A DNA stretch of 54,771 nt, counting the filler, from Jimgerdemannia flammicorona (taxonomy: Eukaryota): assembly GCA_003990765.1 (NCBI GenBank). It is 3 parts of 3 records of this genome, joined end to end, with 100 filler letters (N's around TTAATTAATTAA, not from the genome) between each part and the next. Parts side by side here need not be neighbours in the genome. Positions count along the whole stretch, not along the records: positions 1 to 18,192 come from RBNJ01002269.1; 2 more parts are not named here. The stretch is one strand, 5' to 3'. The notes beneath the pieces are model-generated. The model saw only the letters and a program-made list of their open reading frames with translations. It did not search any database and was not told the origin of the DNA. Positions 1 through 13,009 of this stretch are shown here, piece after piece. Position 1 is the stretch's first letter. Every line of letters begins with the position of its first letter. The translations under genes and the position numbers were made by a program.

Positions 1-33
<33 letters not shown>

Positions 34-35
<2 letters not shown>

Positions 36-3000
36 CTTCTTTTTTTGATACTTTTGGCTGATATCACATTTCTTGAGTATGTCTCAGTCTTATGTTCTGA
101 GATTGGGTCATTGTTGGTGTATTGTTTGTAGTTTTTCTTCCATATTTGCCTGTTCTTGATGAGCTTTCTGGTATTCTTTTCAGATGAGATCTTCTTATAC
201 TTTGATAGTTGGAGGAGCTTTCTTTAGAGTATAGTTCCTCAGTATACTCTTTTTCTGATTCATTAGAGTTAGCAGGAAAGTATATCAATATTGTTGTGAA
301 CTTTCTCTACTATGTGGATGATGGTGATCTTATAATCCTGAAAAATAAGAATCTAGTAGGCCAGGATTCCAGTGGGTTCCTTATAGTTAAATAGCTATTT
401 AAGAGTAGTATGATTAGTTATCAGAGTGAATATTTTTCTAATGAGATAATGTTTGAACAAAGTGACTACTCATATGACTGTAAGGTATTCTAATTTAGTA
501 CTACTATAGTTGATCTGCTGCTGATTAGTAACTTGGCTTATATAAGCTATTATATAGTATTATTGGTCAGATCCTTTCTGAGCTAGAACTGCTCCAAGGC
601 TATCTTTGGAAGTATCTATATATAAGATAAATGGCTTCTGTAGATTAGAATATACAAAAATTGGTGCTGTAGTCATGTGGTACTTAAGTTTCTTAAAGGC
701 TAGTACTTGTGATTTTATCTATTTATACAGTACTTCTTTCTTGAGCAGGGTTCAGATTGGAGCAGTAATTAGGGCAAAGTTCTTAATAAACCTTCTGTAG
801 TAAGATACTAGTATCAGAAATAATAGTGTTTCCTTTGAGATCTTAGATACTGACCAGTTGTTGATCTTTTTGAGTTTTTTTGAGTCTGCATGAGTTTTTT
901 TCTTTCGAAACTATAAATCTAAGAAATTCAAGTTTCTGTTTCCCAAAGTAGCATTTCTTGACATTGAGTCTCAGGTAGTTCTTATGAGTGAGCTTGAAGA
1001 ATTCTTTTAGATAGTATAGGTATTCTTTGAAATTTGCTAAATAGATGTTAGAATTATCTATATACAATTAGATAGTGATAGATTAGTAGGCTGTAGACTG
1101 AGTTCATCATTCTCTGGAAGATGGGGGGTGTATTGTAAAGTCCAAAGGGTATTTAGAGATATTTAAACAGTTTTCCTAAGGTATAGAAGGCTGTCTTCTG
1201 AATGTCTTTGAGATCTATGAGAATCTCATAGAATCTTATAAAAAGGTCCATACTGCTGAAGTATCTGGTATCTTGTAACTGGTCTAAGAGATCATCAATT
1301 CTAGGCAAAGGATAGGTATCCTTCTTGATGACAGAATTGAGTTTTTTATAGTCTATACAGAGTCTCTATCCTCTTTTCTTTAGTACAATAAGTATAGAGC
1401 TGACTCAAGGGCTGATAGAGGATCAGATGACTTATTGTCTAAGAGTTCCTGAATTTATTCCTTTTTGAATATCTTTAAGTAATGGGGTATTCTATAAGGT
1501 TTTTGCTAGATCGGTGTTATATTTTCTATATTTATACTGTAGTAATATAATGAGTTATATAGCAGATTACTATAAACAGTAGTGAAGATATCTCAATATT
1601 TATTGAGAAGTTCTACTAGTTGTTGCTATTTCTGGAGTATCAATTCTTCTCCAATGTTAGTAGAAGGCCTTACTGTCTCCTGGATTATAGAGAGATCTTT
1701 TCTTTCTTCTGGGATCTTTTTCCATTTCTCAATAAGTTTAGCTCATAGACTTCTCTATGAGTTCAGTTAAAAAAGAGTACTAAATGTCCTATGATGGTTC
1801 TTTTTGGTAAGATAATGTTTTTCCAGCTCTGGTTGATTGCTCAGAAGTATACTGGATTCATTATATCAGAGAATGTGTGTCCCTTGATGCTTAGGTTTGA
1901 GATGACTTTATTGAGTTCAAAGAAGAGATTTCTGAGATCAGGTGGTATAAAGATTTTGAAGGTGGTTTGCTCTCTGGGCTCCAGAATGAGATTCTTGTAT
2001 AGTTTGACTGATTGATAATATACTTGCTAGAAGACATCCTTCTTATCTGAGCTTCCAAATCCTTCAGTTTGTCTTATTCTTTCAGTCAGTCTGGAGACTT
2101 CTTATAGTTGAGGGATTTTGACTTTTATGAAAACTGCTTGAGTAATCTTCTATTCTCTAAGGATTTGGTGCTATTCTGTACCACTATTGTATAAGATGAT
2201 CTTGATTTCATCTATATATCCTGGGTCTATAGTTCCTCTTTTTATGGTTACTCCTTGTCTGGCAAGTCCAGACCTTGAGGTTAGTTGAATATAAGTTCCT
2301 TTGAGTGGCTGTATAGCTTGTTCTATCCTGAATACCAATATTCTTCCAGACTTGATAGGTTCATCCTCTAGACTATAGAGGTTATACTCTACATCTTCTT
2401 GGTAGACTTTAGTCAGGAGTTTGGTCTTGGAATATAGCAGGACATATAGGCCAATATCTTTGCTGAGTTCAGGTTATCCTTGGGCTGAGGCTCTGCTAGC
2501 AGAGAGTCTTCAGGCTCTGAGGTTGAGGTACAACCATCTGGCTCCAGTAGAAGAGTCTCAGAGTTAGTTGATTTTTCTCTTTTCTATAGAGTCTAGGGCT
2601 TCTATGAAGTTGGTGACATCTTCTATCTATTTCCAGTGAGTTGTATGTATATCTGATGAGGGCTAAGATATCTTCTTCCAAATCATAGATCTTAAGAGTC
2701 CTTCTTTCTGATTTCTTGGCTTGACTTTTTTGGATCTGACTTCTATTATCTCCTCTCTTTAGAGTGTAGACTACAATATCCTAGCTGAGGTGAATCTTCT
2801 GGTGTCTGCAGTCTCAGCAGTCTGGATATCTTCTATGATTACAATATCTCATTACTTGGAAATACTGTTCTTGGTTATTAATATCTTATTATCTTAGAAA
2901 TTAGTATCTATCTTAATTATAAGTTAGAGGTAGAATAGCCAAAGAATATACTTCTTTTTAGGTAAAAAGGCCTTATCCTCTAGCTTGGCTTTATAACTTT

Positions 3001-6000
3001 ATAGTGACTTCCTAGAAGATAATTGACTATACAACTATAGTTGGGAGTTCTGGCCTTTGGGGTCTCTGTATTTCTTATTAATCCAGTAGATGGCACTGAT
3101 AGCAGTAGTCTCAGAGAGAGTAAAAGACTATTTGATGTAAATATCTTCTAGCCAAAAGACTCTTTCTTAGTGTATTTCTTGCTTTAAAACAATGGAGATT
3201 ATACTGAGTCCTTCTTCAACATTCCAGGGGTCATTATTTTCTAGTGCTGTTCAGCAAGAGTCATCTCAGGGAATGAGTTCAGAGACTTCTTCCTCTTCAG
3301 ATACTTCTTGTTCAGGAGCCTCTTGCTTGGGGGTTTCTTCTTCCTCAGATAATTCTTAGTCCTAGATTGCTTATACTTCTGCAGCTTTAGCTATAGGTAT
3401 CTTCAGAATATATCTTTCTTTTTCTATACTCAGAGTAGACTGTGCCAGGTGAATTCCTTATTCTAATAATCTTGGATGAGTATTAGAGACACTTGTATCT
3501 TTTGATCTATTCTACAATGGCTCTGATTGTGATAGAGATAGTATTCCTAACCCACACATTGTCTTCTGGTCTATTATCTATTAAATTGATTCAGAGATTG
3601 AGTCTGGGATCATTTCTATCTTCAGATTCTTCTTTCTCTTCTATAGTAGACTCTTTACTGCTGGTATATTCTTTCTGGATGATGACCTTCTTCTTCTTTG
3701 ATAGCTTATATATAACTGGTCACCTTAACTCTATACTTCTTGCCTCAGTAGTTAAACTTGAGTACTTGTTGACTAATATCAATAACTGTATTTATTTCCT
3801 TCATCTAGTTAGTACTAAGGATTATGTCATAGATGATAGCTTTAGTGATAACAGCTTTTAGAATAGAGAACTGAATGTGTCTCAGAGAGATGGTAATATT
3901 TCACACTTCTCTAAGAGGTTGAGTTCAGGCTCCATCTGCTACTATGATGCTGAGGTTGGATAGTCCATCAATGGACCATTGGAGGGTGTCCAGAAATTAC
4001 TTAGTAATGATACAGACAGCTACTCCTTTATCTATGAGGATTTTCACCTTTTGTCCTCCAATATCTCTATGTAGATAGGTACTGATATGTCTCTCTGCAG
4101 CTTGAATAGGAGTGGGAGCTAGTTCTTACTATGAGATTGGAACTCAGCTGGTACTAGATCTGATAGTTCTTAACAACTTATTTCAAACTCCAGCTGATAT
4201 CTATTCTGACTTCTTGAATCTTTTGTCAGACTTTATTATAGATATCTCTAGATATGGTCTTTGGAATATACTTATTTTTGAGCTTTGGAGAAGCAGGCTC
4301 TTGTTCTTCTTGCTTCAATTCTTCATTCTTTGGAGGTAGTTCATTTATTTTGGAAACAAAAGGTGAAAGAGATCAGAGAGGTATTTCTACTTGCTTCTCT
4401 TCATTTTCTTAATCTTTTTCTTAAACAATTTTTCTGCTAGTATTCCTAGATGGTCTTTCTATAGGTCTTTTCCTTTTTTCTGCTGAGTAGACTGTCTTTC
4501 TGGTAGTGACTTTGGCTAGATATAGATCTAGGTCACTGTAGTCTTCACTGTTACTTTCTTCTTCAAAGTCTTTGACAAGATGGACTTCAGTCTTCTTATA
4601 CTGGGTTTTGTTTCTTTAGTTTGGTAGTTCTGAGTCCCTTTGGTCACTTATTTTATTGTTACATTCAGTGGTATAGTATCTGAATTATCTATAGTAGAAG
4701 CACTGAACTTGGACTCTGTTTCAGACAGAGTATCTTCTTTCTTCTTGCTAGTAGCTTCTGTTATCTCTGAGTGAATATCCTTAGTTTCTTTGTAGTATAT
4801 ACCCTCTGTTGTCTTGTGGATAGCTCTAATTTTTATATATAGTGAGGTTTTCAATCTATCCAATCAGTCAGTCCAATTTGGAACTAAGGTCTTGAATTTT
4901 GCTCTTATCCTTCTTCTATTTTTTAGCTGGCTTTCTTTCTTTGGATCTTTTCTATCCTTGAAAGAGTCCTTGCAGGGCTTTGATCAGGATGTCTTTCTTA
5001 TTATCCTTCTTGTTATGGTCACTCTATATAGTTTCTTATCTGATATCAAAAAATTCTTGGGCTGTATCTACTTGTTCTTCAGATCTTCTGATATCTAGAG
5101 TATAGATATACTGAGCAATATTTGGGGGAATCTCATTTATGAAAGTTATTGGACCTATAATTTGGTTAGTAGTATTGAATCCAGCAGCATACATTCTCTT
5201 TTGAATTCTTGTGAAGAATGCTCTGAGTGATTCTCTAAGATTCATCTTCATTCCTATAATAAACTCTTGGATCTTGTGGCAGGTCTCATTTTCTGTATAC
5301 TTCTCAATGAGTCAATGGGTCATAGCTTCATACTCTGCTAGCCAAGTTGGTGCTACATTGATGGCTACTCCAAAGTCTGAGTTTAAATCATTCCTTGCTC
5401 AGATGAAAATTCCTTTAGCTGGTTATCTGTATTTAGTCTTGTAGATGGTGACTTTTTTTTCAGAAGAGAGATTCTTCAGGGCTGCAATTTCTTCAATTCT
5501 ATTGATAAATTCTCTTGGGTCTTCTCTTGGATATCCTGGTTGGCAATGAAGTGGCCATTTCATCATCACTGTCTTCTAGTTATAGTTCTGATTCTAGTAC
5601 TGATTCTGATTCTGATTCTGATTCTAATTCTGATTCACTCTCTGAATTGTTACTAGAGTTCAGAATACTTGGGTATTCTGAAGATATTGTTGGAGATCTT
5701 GGGCAAGATAGAATAGGTCTGAGTATTCTTGAAAAAGCTACTTCATAATCTTCTTATTCTGTAACAGTTGGTAGTAGAGATTCAATAGGTGAAATTGGTA
5801 AAACTTCTGTGAAAAATCAGGCTTGTTCATTAAGTTGTTGTGCAAGCTTATCAAAGACTCTGGCAGGGCTGTCTGTATAATCTGGTTAATCTGGTTGGTT
5901 TAGTAATAAGTCTGTTGGTACTGGCTGAGGATTTTGTACTATACTAGCTTTCTGTTAAGATCTTTCTAAAACTGGGTAGTTGGCAAGTCTTGAAGTAATT

Positions 6001-7623
6001 ACTTTCCTTCCTGTCCAAATACTGGTAATGACTAGTTCTTCTATAGTAGCAGAGATTGGTATTGTATTAAATGTATCTAGTTTGACTATAGGTTCTTGTG
6101 AGCTGAGAAGTCACATCAATTTTGAGTGCAAATTTTGAAAATCTTTCCAGTTGAGCTCCCAAATATAATATGCTGGGCTTAATAGAGACTAATTATAAGA
6201 TTAGAAGTTAGTGTAGTTTGACTTGAGCCCCTAGTTACTTTATCAAAAAGCAATAAAATGTTCTGAGATTCCTGAGGTCCTTGGTATTTAGTAGTATAAT
6301 AGTCAATCTGAATATAATAATTGATTTCCTTATTGAGATAGTTCTTGAGTATAGCAGTGATTTCATATAATGGTCAGATTCCTTATATGGGATAATCTAT
6401 ATGTAGTATGATAATCTCTATATAGCATGAGTGGATTCCTTATATGAGATAATCTGGAAATTTTGTAGTTTTTTTTTATATTGATAGCAATCTCTAAAAG
6501 TATGTGATTTCTGTGATGATCTCTATATGACAATCTTGTGAGTAGTATTCCTTATATAGATTTCTCAAAAATAGTGAGTGACTCAGCTAGGTGTATATTC
6601 TCCTGAATTGATATACTTCTTGAATAATAACTCAGATAGTGTAGATAATTCAAATAACTTGGATAACTTGATTTAGTATAGATTCTCATGAATTAGCAGA
6701 CTCTCCGAGAATATCAGATAACTTAATAACTTAGATAATTTGGATGATGTGAATTCTTTCTAAATTAGTGAGCTTCTGGGAAATAACTCAGATGGTGCAG
6801 ATTCTTGATAAGTTATATCAAAGACTGGCTTTATTTATATAGGGTTATATCAAGAACTAGCTTCACTACAAAGTTGTATCAGATAGACTGGCTTGTGACA
6901 AGGTTCCTTAAGATGGATTCTCTGGGAATGACAGAGGTTCTTGAGCAAAGTTACATCAAGACTAACTTTATTTATATGAAGTTACATCAAAAGAAACTGG
7001 CTTTACTGCAAAGTTGCATCAGAAGACTAACTTTGTAATAAGATGGCAGACTTTTTTAGATTCTCTTCAGGCTTATCTAGTAAGCAAACTAAAATGTAGC
7101 AGACTTCTCTTGAAAATAGTGGCTTATTCCTTAAGTGGCAGACTTCTCATCAAAGCTTTATATTGGAAAGTAGACCAGAGTGGGAAAGAAGCCTAGCAGT
7201 AACTTTAGAGTATCTCTTAAAGTATGGTAGGTAGACTTATCTTTTACTTTTAAACTTTTTGGACTCTTCCCTTCTGACTTAGTCTAGCAAGTATACCAAT
7301 CTTTGTATTGAAAGGTAGATCAGAGTAGAAAAGGAAGCTTTCTGCTTTTCTTTAACTTTTCAGACTGAAGTTTATTTACTCTTATCTCTGGGGTATTTTA
7401 TATAATTAGGGTTACTATCTGGTAGCTATCTGGTTAATTATAGAATACACAGTATAGCTAAATATAGTGTGTGACTTTCACTGTATCTTTAAGGTTCAGT
7501 TATCTCAATCAAAGTATCTGTTGCTATTTATATAATTCTGCAGTAACTAGATAATTATGAGAATAACTATGATATGTAAGGTTCATATCATCTGGATATC
7601 TGATACTTATATTGTGTATCATA
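34..7623 (-). mobile_element. Ty3/Gypsy family F1, degraded copy A (5' LTR, gag, PR, dUTPase, RT, RNase H, start of IN; 3' end missing)
   Basis: Colinear reverse complement of 7897-15450. RT remnant ORF 843-1067 (YIDNSNIY...KCYFGKQKLEFL), dUTPase relic ~2050-2400, gag remnant 5036-5251, PBS complement ttccagttgagctcccaaa at ~6145-6163. Confidence 0.93.
6164..7623 (-). repeat. F1 5' LTR of copy A (variant U3)
   Basis: Homologous to F1 LTR U5 and to the TATA/AATAAA core (~7365-7405). Termini decayed (tataata from tgtaaca, tatcata from tgtcaca). Followed by ATAT. Right boundary approximate. Confidence 0.7.
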
Positions 7624-7856
7624 ATATGTATATATTATAGGAAGTATAATCAGAATATTATTTTTGATAATAAGTTATGATTATTATAATATTTATTATA
7701 ATAATAATATACAGGTATAGAGATCTATAGAAATCTGTTTAATCTTATTATCATTATTAGTATCTATAGATATATTAGAAGAGAGCTAATAGAACCTGTT
7801 TTTAATTTGCCAGAAATATATATTTATTATGATGGGGATCTTATAAAACAATTTGT

Positions 7857-7858
<2 letters not shown>

Positions 7859-7896
<38 letters not shown>
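7859..7896. repeat. (AT)n microsatellite, insertion target of F1 copy C; continues at 18174-18192
   Basis: Perfect AT run abutting TGTGACA; the AT run resumes directly after the 3' LTR. Confidence 0.95.
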
Positions 7897-7899
<3 letters not shown>

Positions 7900-9260
7900 G
7901 ACAAACCAAAATGTACCACAATTATATCTTAACCAGATGACATGAATAATTAGACAAGATGACGTGAACACACAGCATAGTAACTAGCAACCATTGCTGT
8001 GGAAAACTGTATAAATAGCCAGACATACCAGAAAGGGTCTGTTTACCTGTACAGACTCTGTACACCATACAGACTCTGTACACTGTATAGGTCCTGTACA
8101 CCATACAGACTCTGTACACCTGCCATAAGTAGTAGATCTATAGTTAGCCACATAGTAACTAGATAGCAACCAACTTGTATAAATTACCCCAGAGACAAGA
8201 GTGAATAAACCTCAGTCTGAAAAGTTGAAGTAAACCAAAGAAGCCTCTAAAGATTGAGCATTGGTCCCTTTTCCCTACTCCAGTCCACTTTCCAATACAA
8301 AGATTGATTGGTTCGCTTGCCAGATAAGCCTGAAGAATTCAAGTTTGCTGCCTAAGTTCAAGGAAGAACTTCGCTGCCATTTTCAAGTCATTTTGCCACA
8401 TTTCCAGAGAGCTCTATTCTTGCCACAAGCTAGTCTTTCTGACACAACTTCACAGTGGAGCCAGTCTACAACATAACCCCATGCAAATGAAGCCAGTCTT
8501 TGACATAACTTGCCAAGAATCTGAGTAGTATTCCCAGTTGAAGCCGATTCAGGAAGAATCTGTGCCATCCAAGTTAATTCTCAGTTAAGCTGCCATTTTC
8601 AAGAAGTCCACCAATTCAGGAAGAATCCACATTATCCACTGTTTTCAAGTTATCCGCATTCCCAGTTGAAACTGCCAATTCAGGAAGAATCTGTGCCATT
8701 GTATTCCCAGAAGAGCTGCTGATTCAGGAAGAATCCATGACATCCAAGTTATTTATTCCCAGTGAGCCCGATTCAAAGAATTTACACCATACTATTCCCA
8801 GTGAGCCAAATCGAATTATCTGTCAAATTATCAGAATGTCTTGCATAAGGAAGCCTGCGCTACACAGAGATCATCACGCAGAGATCACCGTCACCCAAGA
8901 AGGAAAACCACTAAATTGCCAGACCATCACATACAAGGAGATCATCACGCTACACAGAAATCACCCATTACTCAAGAAGGAAACTGCTTGTACTATACAC
9001 AAATTCTGCCACTCCCAGTTGACCCAGGAAGGAAACCCATTCACACAAATCACCGCTACACCCAGAGAACCATCCCAATTAGGAAATCGATATACAAATC
9101 GCTCGCAGATATCCAGCTTTGTCTATTATACCACTAAACACCAAGGACCTCAGAAATCTTAGAACATTTTGTTGCTTTTTAACAAAGTAACTGGGGGCTC
9201 AAGCCAAACTACATTAACCCCCAACCTTATAATTTGCCTCCATTGAGCCGGCATGTTACA
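7897..9260 (+). repeat. F1 5' LTR (1364 bp)
   Basis: Direct repeat of 16854-18173; TG...CA ends; TATAAA at ~8010 and ~8178; AATAAA at ~8204. Confidence 0.97.
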
Positions 9261-9262
9261 TT

Positions 9263-9280
9263 TGGGAGCTCAACTGGGAA
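9263..9280 (+). promoter_or_regulatory. Primer binding site, tRNA-Pro-like
   Basis: TGGGAGCTCAACTGGGAA starts 2 nt after the LTR. It resembles the MLV tRNA-Pro PBS TGGGGGCTCGTCCGGGAT; three of the five differences are transitions. Confidence 0.7.
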
Positions 9281-9490
9281 GATTTTAAAATCAACGTGAC
9301 TTTTCAGCTCACAAGAACCCACAGTCAAACTGGATACATTTGATACAATACCAATCTCTGCCACTATAGGAGAATCAGTCATCACTAGCATTTGGACAGG
9401 AAGAGAAGTAATCACCTCAAGACTTGTCAACTACCCAGCATCAGAAGGATTTCAACCAGAAGCAGGAGGCAGTACAGTCCGAAATCCCCA

Positions 9491-9568
9491 ACCAGATCAA
9501 TCAGATCAACCAGACCAACTAGATCAATCAGACCAACCAGATCAATCAGATCAACCAGATCAACCAGA
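9491..9568 (+). repeat. 9-bp tandem repeat (CCAGATCAA-like) encoding (PDQ)n in the gag leader
   Basis: About 8 imperfect units; fewer units in copies A (~5880-5900) and B (~30545-30560). Confidence 0.85.
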
Positions 9569-9881
9569 CAATACAGACAGCCCTGCTAGAGTTTTTGGAG
9601 AACTTGTACAAGAACTAGAAGACTTTATTACCCAGACCCAACACTTTACAGCCAGACACCCCACACCAGTCTCACTAATCTCACCAATAGAACCCCTACC
9701 ACAACCTCTTGCAGAACTAGAAGTAGCTCCTACAAGGATACTTAGGCCTATTCCACCCTGCCCAAGGACCAGAATACCATCTTCAAGATACCCAAGCACT
9801 CCAATCTCTAGTGATAGTTCAGAAAGTGAATCAGAATCAGAATCCAAACTTGAACCAGAATCAGAGGAAAGTGATGATGAA

Positions 9882-10800
9882 ATGGCCACCTCATTGCCAA
9901 CCTTTGCAGGATATCCGGAGGAAGACCCCAGAGAATTTCTTGATGGAATTGAAGGAATTGCAGCCTTGAGGAATCTCTCAGATGAAAGAAAAATCACCAT
10001 TTACAAAGCTCAGCAGCCAGAGGAATTTTCCATCAAACAGTAAACAACCAAGATTCAGAACTAGTAAGACAGATACAAGCAGCAATGTCTGATGAACTAG
10101 AATATGAGGCCATGGTCCACTGGCTCATCAAAAAGTATGCAGGAAATGAAACCCGCCACAAGGCTCAAGAATCTATTATGGGAATGAAGATGAATCTTGG
10201 AGAATCACCCAGAGCCTTCTTCACAAGAATCCAGAAGAGAATGCATGCTGCTGGATTCAATGCCACCAACCAGGACATCATTGGACCAATGACCTTCATG
10301 AATGGAATTCCCCCAAACATTGCCCAACATGTCCGCACCCTAGGCATTAGAAGGTCTGAAGAGCAAGTAGATGTAGCCCAAGGATTCTTTAATGTCAGAC
10401 AAGGAACTACTTGGAGTGACCATGATAGTAAAGAAGATAAGGAAGACATTCTGGTCAAAATTCTACAAGGACTCCTTCAGGGATAAGAAAGATCTGAAGA
10501 AAGAAGGCCAGCCAAGGAAGGAAAGAAGGATAGAAGCGAAATTCAAGACCTCAGCTCCAAGTTAGACCAATTGGTTGGACAGATTGAAAAACTCACCACA
10601 CATGAAAATCGGAACTACCAAAACAACAGAGGGTACCCACCACAGAGGAGCCAAGGTTATCCACCAAGAGATAACAGGAATTACCAGCAAGAAGAAAGAA
10701 GGTACCCCATCTGAGACAGAGCCCAAGTTCAATGCTTCTACTGTGGACAATTTGGACACTATGCCACTGAATGCAACAACAAAAGAAGTGACCAAAGGGA
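9882..10800 (+). pseudogene. gag: F1 gag (capsid plus CCHC zinc knuckle), disrupted
   Basis: MATSLPTFAGYPEEDPREFLDGIE...; ORF 10085-10486 (MKMNLGESPRAFFTRIQ); knuckle CFYCGQFGHYATEC at ~10733-10775. Confidence 0.9.
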
Positions 10801-11369
10801 CTCAGAACCAGCAAACCGAAGGAATGACACTTAGTACAAAAAGACTGAAGCCCATCCTGTTGAAGATTTTGAGGAAGCAAGCAACAGTGAAGACTACAGC
10901 AACCTAGACTTGTACCCTACCAAGGTTACCACCCAAAAGACAGTCTACCCAGCAGAAAAAAGAAAGAGGCCTGTGGGAAGACCATCCAGAAATATCAGCA
11001 GAAGAATTATCCAAGAAGAAGATAAAGAACATGAGGAGGAACAAGTTGAAACACCTCCCCGAACCCCCTCACCTTTTGTCTCTAAGACAAATGAGTTGCC
11101 ACCAAAAGATGAAGAAATGGAACCAGAAGAATGGGAACCTGCTGCTCCAAAGCCTAAGAAGAAGTACACTCTGAAAACTATGCCTAGAGACATTTACAAT
11201 GAAGCCTGGCAAAAGATTCAAGAGGCTAAGATGGAAGTCCCTCTCCTGCAGTTCTTGCAACTGACACTAGCTGAAGTTTGAAACAAATTGCTGAGAACTA
11301 CCAGATCTAGCACTGGCCAAGTTCCAATCCCACAGCAAGAACCAGCTCCCATCTCTATCCAAGCAGCTG

Positions 11370-11720
11370 AAAGACATGTCAGCACCTACTTACATGGAGA
11401 CATTAGAGGACAAAAAGCAAAAATCCTCATAGACACCAGAGCAGCTGTCTGTATCATTGCCAACGATTCTTGGACACCCTCCAATGGCCCATTGATGGAC
11501 CATCTAACCTCAGTATCATAGTAGCAGATGGAGCCCGAACTCAACCCCTTGGAGAAGTACTCTCCATCCCCAAAGCTGTTGTCACCAAAGCTGTCACCTA
11601 TGACATGATTCTTGGTACTAACTAGATGAAGGAAATGAATGCAGTTGTTGATATCAGCCAATAGGTACTCAAGTTTGATTACCGAGGCAAGAAGTATAGG
11701 GTTAAGGTGACCAGCTATGA
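11370..11720 (+). pseudogene. F1 aspartic protease, frameshifted
   Basis: KILIDTRAAVCII (DTG changed to DTR by G>A); downstream YDMILGTN motif. Confidence 0.85.
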
Positions 11721-13009
11721 GCAATTAAAGAAGAAAAAGAAGGTCACTATTCAGGAAGAGTATGCCAGCAGTGAAGAATCCACCACAGAAGAAGAGGAAG
11801 AATCTGAAGATGGAAATGATCCCTGACTCAATCCCTGAATTAACCTGGTGGATGACAGACCAGAAGACAATGTGTGGGCCAAGAATACTATCCCTATCAT
11901 CATTGGAGCCATTGCAGGAGAAGCCAAAGGATGCCCTATATGCATCAAAAGACACAAGTGTCCTGAGCACTCCTCCAAGATCATGGGAATAAGGAAATCA
12001 CCTGGCACAGCCTGCCCAGAGTACAGAAGGAAGAAGAAGAAATGCAGACATGTTCCAGAAATACCTGCAACTGAAGCTGCAGAAGTACAAGAGAATCATC
12101 TGAGGAAGAAGAAACTTCTGACTAAGAAGTTCCTGAACAAGAAGCACCTGATGAAGAAGAAGTCCCTGAACTCATCCCCTGGGATGACCCTCACTGGATA
12201 CCACTTGAAGACAATGACCCCTGGAATACAGAGGAAGGACCTAGTACCATCACCATTATCTCCAAGAAAGAAACCCACCAAGAGAAAGCTTTCCAGCTAG
12301 GAAGATGTCTACACCAAATGGTCTTCCACTCTCCCCAAGACTACTGCTATCAGTGTCATCTGTTGGATCAACAAGAAAGACAGAGACCTCAGAGACCAGA
12401 ACCTCCAACTACACTTGCACAGTCAACCACCTTTCAAGAAGTTACCACAAGATTACAAAGTCAATTTAGAGGACAAGGCTTCTTCACCCGGACAGAAATA
12501 TATCCCTTGTCTACTCTTCTACCCACCTATGACCAAGATGGATACTGATTCCCAAGACAACAAGAGATAAATAGCTGGGAACATCATTTCCAAGCAATGG
12601 AATATTGCAACCATAGGAGACACCCTGATTGCCGAGACTGCAGACATCAGAAGATTCACCTCAGTCATGATGTTGCAGTGCACACCTTGAAGAAAGGAGA
12701 TAACCGAAGTTAGATCTGAAAAAGTCAGATTCGAAAAAGCCAGACCAAGAAGCCTGGAAAAAGAATTCTCAAGATCTATGATTTGGGAGAAGACATCCTA
12801 GCTCTCATCAGACATATAACCCACCAAGGATGGGCAGAAGATACCACCAACTTCATGGAAGCCCTTGACCCTATGGGAAGGAGGGGAATCAATTACCTCT
12901 GAGACCCCTCTACTGGAGCCAGATGGCCACACCTCAACCTTAGAGCTTGGAGGCTTTCCGCTAGTGGAGCTTCAGCCATAGGAAAGCTCGAACTCAGCAA
13001 GGACATTGC

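Noticed and set aside
8540..8790. Spaced hairpin repeats as a CRISPR array
   Set aside because: Inside a eukaryotic LTR, spacers are related to each other, and there are no cas genes.
8737..9162. 141-aa ORF in the F1 LTR as a gene
   Set aside because: Built from LTR repeats and broken in the 3' LTR and other copies.
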